Assembly: GCA_963693055.1 (NCBI GenBank)
Contig: OY843751.1
Coordinates: 6,176,001-6,240,000, forward strand
Length of the DNA: 64,000 nucleotides
Source: a bacterium
GTDB lineage: Bacteria; Zhuqueibacterota; Zhuqueibacteria; Residuimicrobiales; Krinioviventaceae
Direction: 5' to 3'
A model generated the notes under the pieces. The model did no database searches. It was not told the DNA's origin and worked only from the letters and a program-made list of their open reading frames with translations. A program made the position numbers and the translations under genes. Below, in pieces: positions 10,759 to 19,015 of the stretch (position 1 is the first letter of the stretch; every line of letters begins with the position of its first letter).

Positions 10759-11713
10759 ATGCAGGATAAAATCATTAAAAGGATATTAGCACAAGCAAAT
10801 GTACCTGAATTAATGGAGGTTTTGTTAAAAAGACATTTCTCCCACTGATTTTCAATCATTACTCTTGATGTATTATGAAAAAAAGAGCAGCCAGATAAGT
10901 GCTTCTCAGTTGCTTGAAAAATATATGAATGGTCGCTTTGTTAAACCCGCGTCTATTTCTCCACGAAACTTGCTCGAGTTTGAGCGTCTTGCCTATTCAA
11001 TTTTACCGAAAGAGTATGAGCTTTTAGAACTTTCGCCTACAAGTCCGTTTGGCACGTGTTCGGTAATTGCCGATATAAGCCAGAACAACATTATAACCAC
11101 CAGCCGAAATTCTGAGGTTGTTTCAGATTCAACCAATGTTATGGCACTGGAAATTGCTGCACGGCGAAAAGAGCTATTTCAATCCAATCCCAAAACTGTT
11201 GAAAAGATCAGTTTGTGTTCCAGCCATCGATTGCTTAGAACCCAGAAGTATCAGGGTAATGCATCGTTTCCACATTTTCGGGTTCTCAGTTTATGTACCG
11301 GTGGAAGAGATATGGGGTCTTTTAGGTTTGAGACGGAAACCGCTTTGCAGCATATTCGCTATTATTTGGATATTACTCAAAGGGCTATCAAGACGGGTTA
11401 TAACGTAAAATCAGTAACTGTTAAAATTTCTCTGTTCAATTCAAATAGAAAAGAGTTTATCACTCGACATTTAGTAGAGCCACTTTCTGAACAGTATCCT
11501 GAATTTGTTGTATGTCTTGATAGCGACAAGAGTAAAAGTGGCTATTATAAAGAAATGGGAATTCAAATTCTAATGGGAAATGATAAAGAGAGTGATCTCT
11601 TGATTGTAGATGGCGGGGTAACAGATTGGACACAAAAATTATTGAGTAATAAAAAAGAGAGAATGTTTATTAGTGCTTTGGGGAGTGAACGTTTTATATT
11701 TTGCTTTCAATAA
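10759..11713 (+). pseudogene. Conserved hypothetical protein (class II aaRS-like motifs) with a 1-base frameshift near the 5' end
   Basis: RBS gaggt and ATG at 10759 give MQDKIIKRILAQANVPELMEVLLK, which joins DISPTDFQSLLLMYYEKK in the 10865 frame if one A is removed from the A5 run at 10827-10831. Confidence 0.65.
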
Positions 11714-11834
11714 AGGGACTGTTCAAGTCAGTTTATTCGTCAAGGTTCCGAATAAATTTTGTTTCAAGCTGAAATCGTATTTCAACTTGAATTTTCTTAT
11801 TTAACGATAAACAGATATTTAAAAACAGTCCCTT
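11713..11834. mobile_element. MITE-like element (~120 bp)
   Basis: Terminal IRs aagggactgtt / aacagtccctt, internal hairpins, non-coding, between convergent genes. Confidence 0.5.
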
Positions 11835-11841
11835 AAAAAAA

Positions 11842-13284
11842 TTAAGCGTTGCCAAAATCTTTTTGATATTCTACAAGCAATTTATCTGCCCAATTGTCAA
11901 TGGCTTCCATCTTGCCGAAAAAGAATCTCAGTACAGGTGGTTCTTCTATAAAATTCAATCCGCCTACCAGTTCACGATGTTTGTACAACCAGGTGAGACG
12001 ATCTACAACATATTCAATCTGTGAGACGGTGTAAACACGACGGGGAACGGCGAACCGGGCTAGTTCAAGATCAGAGGGAACTTCATTGCCTGCCTTGTCG
12101 CGGTCCATTGAAACCGTACCACGTTCCATACTACGAGCTCCTGAAACCAGATAAGACGCAGCAGTTAATGCACCGGCAGGATATTGTACCTGTGGAATGT
12201 GATCAACAAAACGCATAGCATCTACGTGACATGCAAGACCTCCCGGAGGTGTAACCACGGGCACACCTTCTTCTACCAGGCGCTCAACAAAGTATTTGAT
12301 CATTTCAACAGAAGCACCGGCTACATCTACATTTGTCATTTCTCTTATACCAACTGCCATGGCTTCAACTTCTTTTGTAGACATGCCGCCATAGGTTGAA
12401 AAGCCTTCATACAATGGCAGTGAGGGTAGAATGTCTTCATAGAATTTTTTATTATTGGTTGCAATAAATCCACCACGTACACTACAGCTTTTACGGCCAG
12501 AGAGGTAAAAGATATCACTCAAACTACAGATTTCTTGTATAATGTCTTTGATGGTTTTATTTTTAAATTCGTCTTCGCGTTTGTGTATCATGTAGGCGTT
12601 TTCAGAAATGAGACTACCATCAACCATAACCGGAATACCATATTTTTCTGCCATTTTGCGAACAGCCCGAAGGTTTGCAATAGAGAACGGTTGACCGCCT
12701 ATGAGGTTGGTTGTACATTCCATTCGAATAAATGAAATCTTTTCGGGACCATGTTCATCAATAACCTGCTGAAACAGGTCCAGATCCAGGTTGCCTTTAA
12801 AGGGATCATCAAATTGTGGATCGATAGCCTCCTTACGAAGGATTTCAAGCACGGTACCACCCAGAATTTCAAAGTGGGCTTTGGTAGTGGTAAAGTGGTA
12901 ATTCATGGGGCATACATCACCGGGTTTAACAAAATAACGTGCTAACAAGTGTTCAGCTGCACGACCCTGGTGAGTAGGAAGAACATATTTTAAACCCATA
13001 ACCTCCTGAACAGAGTCTGCCAGTTTATAAAAACTTTCAGAACCTGCATAGGCATCGTCAGATACCATCATAGACGCGAGTTGGTTGTCACTCATTGCAT
13101 TGGTACCACTGTCTGTCAACATGTCCATAAATATGTCGCGGGTTCTTAAGAGAAAAGTGTTGAAACCTGCTTCTTTAATGGCTTCCAGTCTGCGATCTGC
13201 TGATACTAAATTTGAGCTTTGAACAATTCTTACCTTGTGCATCTCCATTGGGAGTTCTTTACCGTTAGAGAGACGAATGATCAT
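11842..13284 (-). CDS. tnaA: Tryptophanase / tyrosine phenol-lyase family PLP beta-eliminating lyase
   Basis: DMLTDSGT, DDAYAGS, HQGRAAE, SGRK (PLP lysine), YEGFSTYGG, VPRRVYT; substrate (Trp vs Tyr) not resolvable by eye. Confidence 0.75.
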   Translation of the reverse strand: MIIRLSNGKELPMEMHKVRIVQSSNLVSADRRLEAIKEAGFNTFLLRTRDIFMDMLTDSGTNAMSDNQLASMMVSDDAYAGSESFYKLADSVQEVMGLKYVLPTHQGRAAEHLLARYFVKPGDVCPMNYHFTTTKAHFEILGGTVLEILRKEAIDPQFDDPFKGNLDLDLFQQVIDEHGPEKISFIRMECTTNLIGGQPFSIANLRAVRKMAEKYGIPVMVDGSLISENAYMIHKREDEFKNKTIKDIIQEICSLSDIFYLSGRKSCSVRGGFIATNNKKFYEDILPSLPLYEGFSTYGGMSTKEVEAMAVGIREMTNVDVAGASVEMIKYFVERLVEEGVPVVTPPGGLACHVDAMRFVDHIPQVQYPAGALTAASYLVSGARSMERGTVSMDRDKAGNEVPSDLELARFAVPRRVYTVSQIEYVVDRLTWLYKHRELVGGLNFIEEPPVLRFFFGKMEAIDNWADKLLVEYQKDFGNA

Positions 13285-13445
13285 TTATACCTCCGAATGC
13301 ATTGTGTATATGTTTAACTTTTTTTAAATTACCAGGCTGGACAATAGGAATAATAATTTAATATATAATATTTATAGTGCAATGAAAAAAACAGCGCATC
13401 ATAAAAAATAATGGCTGTTTTAAAAAAATGTTGAAATGTTGAGGC

Positions 13446-14570
13446 TTATAAGGATTGTTCCAGGGCGAAAGAAATATATTGTGTGTTATAGTGGTAATAT
13501 AAATCGTTGGATTGGTTATTTATGAATGTAATGGATATTGACATTTTTAATGGAGTGAGGTTTGATGCAAAACGTATTTGTTTTTCAAGCGATGCCCAGT
13601 AGGTATAACGGTTGTCAAGACGTGTACGATAATCTGAAAAAACATTACCTTCAATGTCCATAGCCAGGCGGTTTTCATAATCTTTATTTTTCATTGAGCT
13701 GCCCAGGGTAAATGACAACTTCCAGGGCAACCTCTGTTTTAATTTTAAATCAAATTCCGTAGAGTGGTATCCGTATATATCATCAAAGATCTCTTCATCT
13801 GAATAATAAAATCCGGTTTCAGTACCCAGGTAGCGGGTAGAGTTGCTGAGATTGCGACGAACCATTAACTGGCCACTGAGTCCGGTTTTCGGAGAAATGC
13901 TTTGTGCCAAACGAATCAACCCCACAAATTGATTGCTATTGTTATCTCCAAGTGTTACAATTTCCGGAAAATTTTCTACAGGTGATGTATTGCTTTCAGT
14001 GCTATAATATTTACTCATTAAATCGGTTTCAGCAATAAGGGTGGTACCACTGTTAAAGAAGCGGCTAACGCGCAGATAGAAACGGCTTTGTGTGTTTGAA
14101 AAAGGTTCAAGAACATCATATTGTTGCATGTCCATCTCTATTCCCGCGTATCCGTAGAATTGGGGAGTAAGAACAAGTTTAATGTTTGCATACAGATTGC
14201 CGGACTTGACATTGTACCAGCTATATGCGTCGCTGTGATTTCTTGAACCAAAACTAAGGCCTGCATTAATGCGGTTTCCTTTTTGACCCAAATAGTTGTA
14301 AAAAGACATACCAAAATCGTTCACCATATAATTTTTGTCAGAATATTGGTTGTATGCTGAATATGAGCCATCATAGTAAAAACGAATACCACTGTTTTCC
14401 TGAATCCAGTCATGGTTGGCATATGCATTGAGCCATGTATAATAATCACTGTTTTGGCGATAGTTGTTGAACGCATTGTCAGTATAACCGCTGGATGTTT
14501 TGAGCAAGAGCCCGGGTTGTGCAAAAATCAATGCTGGCAACAAAATTAATAATATAATATAGCTTTTCAT
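13446..14570 (-). CDS. Putative outer-membrane beta-barrel protein
   Basis: Sec signal peptide; SGYTDN start motif; Tyr/Asn-rich alternating strands; terminal strand YISFALEQSL. Confidence 0.7.
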   Translation of the reverse strand: MKSYIILLILLPALIFAQPGLLLKTSSGYTDNAFNNYRQNSDYYTWLNAYANHDWIQENSGIRFYYDGSYSAYNQYSDKNYMVNDFGMSFYNYLGQKGNRINAGLSFGSRNHSDAYSWYNVKSGNLYANIKLVLTPQFYGYAGIEMDMQQYDVLEPFSNTQSRFYLRVSRFFNSGTTLIAETDLMSKYYSTESNTSPVENFPEIVTLGDNNSNQFVGLIRLAQSISPKTGLSGQLMVRRNLSNSTRYLGTETGFYYSDEEIFDDIYGYHSTEFDLKLKQRLPWKLSFTLGSSMKNKDYENRLAMDIEGNVFSDYRTRLDNRYTYWASLEKQIRFASNLTPLKMSISITFINNQSNDLYYHYNTQYISFALEQSL

Positions 14571-14589
14571 AACACACCTCGATAAATAG

Positions 14590-14617
14590 AGCAGCGGTCA
14601 ACCAGATGACCGCTGCT
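14590..14617 (-). terminator. Intergenic hairpin (partial terminator or mRNA stabiliser)
   Basis: agcagcggtca-N6-tgaccgctgct 11-bp perfect stem between the repeat-protein gene and the barrel gene; short U-tail on the minus strand. Confidence 0.65.
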
Positions 14618-14632
14618 TTTAACAGGAAAAGA

Positions 14633-15355
14633 TTAATTATTACCACCTTTGCCGTTACCTCTGCCTTTGCCAGGAGTTCCGCCAGAATTACGACCAAAGC
14701 CGGTTCCCATATTAGCACCACGTCCCAAACAATCTTCCGGTTTCACCCAATCTGCATCCTGTCCATTAGGGATACCATCACCATCAGCATCCGGAGCATT
14801 GTCGTTAATACCGTCACCGTCTTCATCTACAAAGCCGTTCATTCCACGTCCCTTGCCCTTGCCAAAGCCGTTTTGACTACCGGCAGCTACATAATCTGCA
14901 TCCTGTCCATTAGGGATACCATCGCTATCAGCGTCCGGAGCATTGTCGTTATATCCGTCGCCATCTTCATCTACAAAATTACTTGCGCCCTGGCCTTTGC
15001 CGGCACCATTGCCTTGACCTGCTTGTTGTACATAGTCTTCATCTATACCATTGGGAATGCCGTCTCCGTCAGCATCGGGGGCATTGTCGTTATATCCGTC
15101 ACCATCTTCATCAACAAAGCCTGCGCCGCTAACACCCTGGCCGTTACCGGCGCCGCTGCGTACATAGTCTTCATCCATGCCATTAGGAATTCCGTCGCCA
15201 TCAGCATCGGGAGCATTGTCGTTATAACCGTCACCATCCAGGTCAACGAATTTAGGGCCATGTTCAGTGGTTTGAGAGAATACAGCAGGAACGCTCAAAA
15301 AAGCGATCATTACAAAAGCAAGAAACAGAGCAGATAATGTTTTTGATGTTTTCAT
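14633..15355 (-). CDS. Secreted acidic repeat protein with four FVDxDGDGxNDNAPDADxDGIPNGxDxD units and Gly-rich linkers (putative Ca2+-binding, TSP3-like)
   Basis: RBS aaggag; signal peptide ending AVFS/Q; four near-identical ~30 aa units. Confidence 0.85.
   Translation of the reverse strand: MKTSKTLSALFLAFVMIAFLSVPAVFSQTTEHGPKFVDLDGDGYNDNAPDADGDGIPNGMDEDYVRSGAGNGQGVSGAGFVDEDGDGYNDNAPDADGDGIPNGIDEDYVQQAGQGNGAGKGQGASNFVDEDGDGYNDNAPDADSDGIPNGQDADYVAAGSQNGFGKGKGRGMNGFVDEDGDGINDNAPDADGDGIPNGQDADWVKPEDCLGRGANMGTGFGRNSGGTPGKGRGNGKGGNN
14744..15250 (-). repeat. Four intragenic ~90 bp repeats
   Basis: Recurrent catt(a/g)gg..t.cc.tc.cc.tcagc.tc.gg.gcattgtcgtta....ccgtc.cc blocks. Confidence 0.85.
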
Positions 15356-15405
15356 GATAAACTCCTTTATGTTTTAGTTTTTTAATCATTTCTAACCTTT
15401 GTAAG

Positions 15406-15420
15406 GCAACCTGTGTGCCA
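15406..15420 (-). promoter_or_regulatory. Sigma54 (-24/-12) promoter
   Basis: Minus strand reads TGGCAC-ACAGG-TTGC, matching TGGCAC-N5-TTGC, about 50 bp upstream of the ATG at 15355. Confidence 0.85.
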
Positions 15421-15498
15421 AAAAAGTAATGCAAACCTAAGGGATTATAAATAAAAAGGTTGCGCTAAATTGTAAAAATTGTTACTATATACAGGTTT

Positions 15499-15533
15499 CG
15501 ACAATTTGGTCGATCAATTCGACCAAATTGTCG
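15499..15533. promoter_or_regulatory. Putative enhancer (UAS) for the NtrC-family regulator
   Basis: Perfect 15-bp IR cgacaatttggtcga-tcaat-tcgaccaaattgtcg; each arm is itself a CGAC-N6-GTCG quasi-palindrome; about 80-115 bp upstream of the sigma54 site. Confidence 0.75.
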
Positions 15534-15562
15534 GTTTGTGGGTATTCAATACTGGAGAAGTT

Positions 15563-17650
15563 ATGAAGTCCTTTTTAACGGAAAGACCGGTAGAACGCAG
15601 TACTGTTTTCAGCCCCCGTATATTGGTATTACTGTTTATTATTTTTGGATTTTTAATGGTACTCTATTCCGTTATGGAATTGATGGCAAGCAAGCGTGAA
15701 CAGGTACATATTATGGAAGAACAGGCTATTGCCATGATCACAGCTATGCAAAAAAGCAGTGACAATGCAATTCGTTCTTTTAATCTTGTAGAAGACCTGC
15801 TTGCTGAAAAATTGTTAAGTAATGTTCGTTTATTAGAGCAAATGGATGCAAATGGAATACTCACAAAAGAAGCTATTGTTCAAATTGCAAATGAAAATCA
15901 AATTTTCCGCATCAATGTCTTTGATGCAAACGGTGTTCGTGAAAAAAGCAATAGTGAAGCAGGACGTGGAACAGGCCAGGGAATGGGACTGGGTTTAGGT
16001 ACAGGTCAGGGGATGGGCTCCGGGAGAAATGTGAATTCTAACCAGCGTTTGTTTGATTTGCTTGATAATCCCGGCACTGACGAACTGGTCATTGGATTTA
16101 AGCAAAGCAGGTTCAGCACTGGAAATCGGTTTGCTGTTGCTAAAAAGAGACGCAATGGCGGGGCCATTGTTCTAAATATTGATGCCAACGATATGCTCAA
16201 TTTCCGTAAAACTATAGGAATCGGCAGATTGGTAAGAGATGTGGGAGATAGTGATGGAATTGAATATATTGTATTACAAGATAGTACGGGGATATTGCTG
16301 GCGTCTGCAAACATGGATTCTTTGGTAGCGATAGATAATGACACTTTTTTAAAAGAGGTGGTTCATTCTGACCAACCCAAAACACGATTCACCAACTATG
16401 ATGGGAAAAATATCTTTGAAGTTGTTCAGCCATCCATACCGGGGATAAAAGAAGTTATGCGTATAGGCCTGTCAACCCGGCATCTGCAGGAAGCGCAGTC
16501 AAGTGCGAAAAGGCGCGTGTTTATTGCATCCATACTGTTTCTGGTGGTTGGTGTTATGGTGACCAACTGGATGGTTGGAAATCAAAACTATTCATTGTTG
16601 CAAAATGCCTATAACAAGATAGAGAGCTATACGGGCAGCATATTGACCCATATGGATGAATCTGTCATTGCAATTAATATGGATAAACGTATTACACTGT
16701 TTAATGAAACCGCGGAAAAGATGTTTGAACGCCCTGTAGCTGATGTGCTGGGCAAACCCTGTGATGAAATAATACCCGAACTTTGTGAATATTTGAAAAA
16801 GGTGGTTGAAACCGGCAAGGATGAACATTATCCATCACTGGTTTTAGATATAAACGGTCAATCCCGAATTTTAACCATGAGCGTAAATATAGTACCGGAC
16901 AATGAAAGAGATAAAGATATTGTTTTTGCAGTTGTTAAAGATATTACAAGACAAAAACATCTTGAAGAAAATTTGGCACGCAAAGATAAAATTACGGCTA
17001 TGGGGCATTTGGCTTCGGGCGTGGCGCATGAGATCAGAAATCCTCTTAACGCAATCAGCATGATTGCACAACGCTTCAAAGTAGAATTTGAGCCAGCATC
17101 GGATGTTGACGAGTATAAGCACTTGTCGGAAACCATGGTCAAAGAATCGAGAAGAATTAATGACATTGTACATCAGTTTTTGGAATTTGCCCGGCCCGCG
17201 GATTTGAGTCTCGCAAAAACGGATATACCCGGATTATTTAAAGAAATTGAAACCTTGTTAAAACCGCAGGCGGAGCAAAAAGGTCTAACTTTTCTTGTTG
17301 AATGTGACGCGCGCCTGGAAGCAACTATTGATGCTGATAAATTAAAACAGGTGCTATTGAATCTTGTGCGGAATGGTATGGAAGCAAGTAATGCAGGTGG
17401 TACAATTCGCGTTAAAGCCGTTGATACTGATGACAAGATCCGATTAACGGTGCAGGATGCAGGTAAAGGCATTGCTCCGGAACATCTGGATAAAATTTTC
17501 AACATGTACTTTACAACGAGAGAAGAAGGTACAGGATTGGGTCTCAGTATTGTACAACAGATTATTTCTCAGCATAATGGAACCATAGATGTAGAAAGCA
17601 AAGTAAATCAGGGCACAATATTCACCATTCAGTTACCCAAAGGAGTTTAA
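15563..17650 (+). CDS. Membrane sensor histidine kinase (NtrB/ZraS-like) with periplasmic domain and PAS
   Basis: Two TMs; PAS; GVAHEIRNPLNAI; QVLLNLVRNG; DAGKGI; GTGLGL; ATG at 15563 after ggag. Confidence 0.92.
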   Translation: MKSFLTERPVERSTVFSPRILVLLFIIFGFLMVLYSVMELMASKREQVHIMEEQAIAMITAMQKSSDNAIRSFNLVEDLLAEKLLSNVRLLEQMDANGILTKEAIVQIANENQIFRINVFDANGVREKSNSEAGRGTGQGMGLGLGTGQGMGSGRNVNSNQRLFDLLDNPGTDELVIGFKQSRFSTGNRFAVAKKRRNGGAIVLNIDANDMLNFRKTIGIGRLVRDVGDSDGIEYIVLQDSTGILLASANMDSLVAIDNDTFLKEVVHSDQPKTRFTNYDGKNIFEVVQPSIPGIKEVMRIGLSTRHLQEAQSSAKRRVFIASILFLVVGVMVTNWMVGNQNYSLLQNAYNKIESYTGSILTHMDESVIAINMDKRITLFNETAEKMFERPVADVLGKPCDEIIPELCEYLKKVVETGKDEHYPSLVLDINGQSRILTMSVNIVPDNERDKDIVFAVVKDITRQKHLEENLARKDKITAMGHLASGVAHEIRNPLNAISMIAQRFKVEFEPASDVDEYKHLSETMVKESRRINDIVHQFLEFARPADLSLAKTDIPGLFKEIETLLKPQAEQKGLTFLVECDARLEATIDADKLKQVLLNLVRNGMEASNAGGTIRVKAVDTDDKIRLTVQDAGKGIAPEHLDKIFNMYFTTREEGTGLGLSIVQQIISQHNGTIDVESKVNQGTIFTIQLPKGV

Positions 17651-17652
17651 TA

Positions 17653-19014
17653 ATGGCCAGGCATACCATACTTGTAGTAGACGATGAGGCCCCGCAGCGA
17701 GAAGCATTGTCCGGGTTTTTAAAGAAAAAGGGATTCAACATCTTGACTGCTGATGGTGGAACCCGGGCACTGGAAACTGTCAAAGACCAAGCAGTAGATA
17801 TGATTTTAACGGATATGCGTATGCCGGAGCTGGATGGTTTGCAATTGTTACGGGCAGCCCGCGATATAAATCCCAATATTGAAGTTGTGGTTATGACCGC
17901 TTATGGAAGTATAGAGAATGCTATTCAGGCCATGAAAGATGGAGCATCTGATTTTATTACCAAGCCGGTAGATCTGGAACAGCTTCAGATAACGGTGAAC
18001 AAGGTGCTGCAGCACAAACAATTGGTTGATGAAAACCAGCGATTAAAAGAAATGGTAAAGGACCGTTTTAATTTTAGCGGTATTATTACCAAAGGGGAGG
18101 CTATGAATCCGCCTCTCAGTATTGCGTCTAGGGCCGCGCAAAGTAAAGCGACCGTATTGATTACAGGGGAAAGCGGTACGGGTAAGGAACTGGTAGCCCG
18201 TGCCATCCATTTTGCAAGTCCTCGTGCTGAAAAGGCATTTGTGGCTGTGAATATGGCTGCCTTGAGTGACAATCTGGTTGAAAGTGAGTTGTTTGGTCAT
18301 GAAAAGGGTGCATTTACCGGAGCGGACAAGCTGAGGCTTGGACGATTTGAATCTGCACATGAAGGTACGTTGTTTATCGATGAAGTGGGTGAAATTCCAC
18401 TCAGCACCCAGGTCAAGCTGTTACGGGTGTTGCAGGAACAGCAGATAGAACGTATTGGATCTTCAGCCCCTGTCAAAGTGGATGTGCGGGTTATTGCCGC
18501 AACCAATCGCTCGTTAGAGGATATGGTACAAGAGGGCACATTTAGGGAGGACCTGTATTATCGGCTCAATGTGGTCAAGGTCGAGTTACCGCCACTACGT
18601 GAACGGAAATCCGACATATCTACGCTGGCTGACCATTTTATGAAAAAATATGCAGAAATGAACGGCAAAACCGTAACCGGAATATCTAACGATGCATTGG
18701 ATACGCTGATAAAATATCGTTTTCCCGGTAATGTGAGAGAGCTTGAGAATATAATGGAGCAGGCTGTGGTATTGTGTCGTGATGATGTGATTGGATATGA
18801 TGATCTGCCGCTTATGGTAACACAAAATGCTTCAACAATGCGTTGGAACCTCGAGGATGGTACCTTTCAGGAGCGCGTTGAAGCATTTGAGCAAATGCTG
18901 ATTAGAGAAGCACTTGAAAAATATAATTCAGTGCAAACCCATGCCGCAGAGTCTCTGGGTATGACGGAACGGCATTTACGTTATAAAATGCAAAAATATG
19001 GTATGAAAAAATAG
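17653..19014 (+). CDS. Sigma54-dependent response regulator (NtrC/ZraR family)
   Basis: Receiver VVDDE...DMRMP; Walker A GESGTGKE; GAFTGA; FREDLYYRLNV; FPGNVREL; C-terminal Fis HTH. Confidence 0.95.
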   Translation: MARHTILVVDDEAPQREALSGFLKKKGFNILTADGGTRALETVKDQAVDMILTDMRMPELDGLQLLRAARDINPNIEVVVMTAYGSIENAIQAMKDGASDFITKPVDLEQLQITVNKVLQHKQLVDENQRLKEMVKDRFNFSGIITKGEAMNPPLSIASRAAQSKATVLITGESGTGKELVARAIHFASPRAEKAFVAVNMAALSDNLVESELFGHEKGAFTGADKLRLGRFESAHEGTLFIDEVGEIPLSTQVKLLRVLQEQQIERIGSSAPVKVDVRVIAATNRSLEDMVQEGTFREDLYYRLNVVKVELPPLRERKSDISTLADHFMKKYAEMNGKTVTGISNDALDTLIKYRFPGNVRELENIMEQAVVLCRDDVIGYDDLPLMVTQNASTMRWNLEDGTFQERVEAFEQMLIREALEKYNSVQTHAAESLGMTERHLRYKMQKYGMKK

Positions 19015-19015
19015 A

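Noticed and set aside
13285-13445. TnaC-like leader peptide upstream of the tryptophanase gene
   Set aside because: No short Trp-containing ORF with a suitable RBS was recognised
14744-15250. Repeats with variable spacers resembling a CRISPR array
   Set aside because: Units are about 90 bp, in frame and vary mostly at synonymous positions; no cas genes in the window
14606-15337. 243-aa plus-strand ORF with repeats
   Set aside because: Antisense shadow of the repeat protein; the minus-strand gene has the RBS, signal peptide and sigma54 promoter
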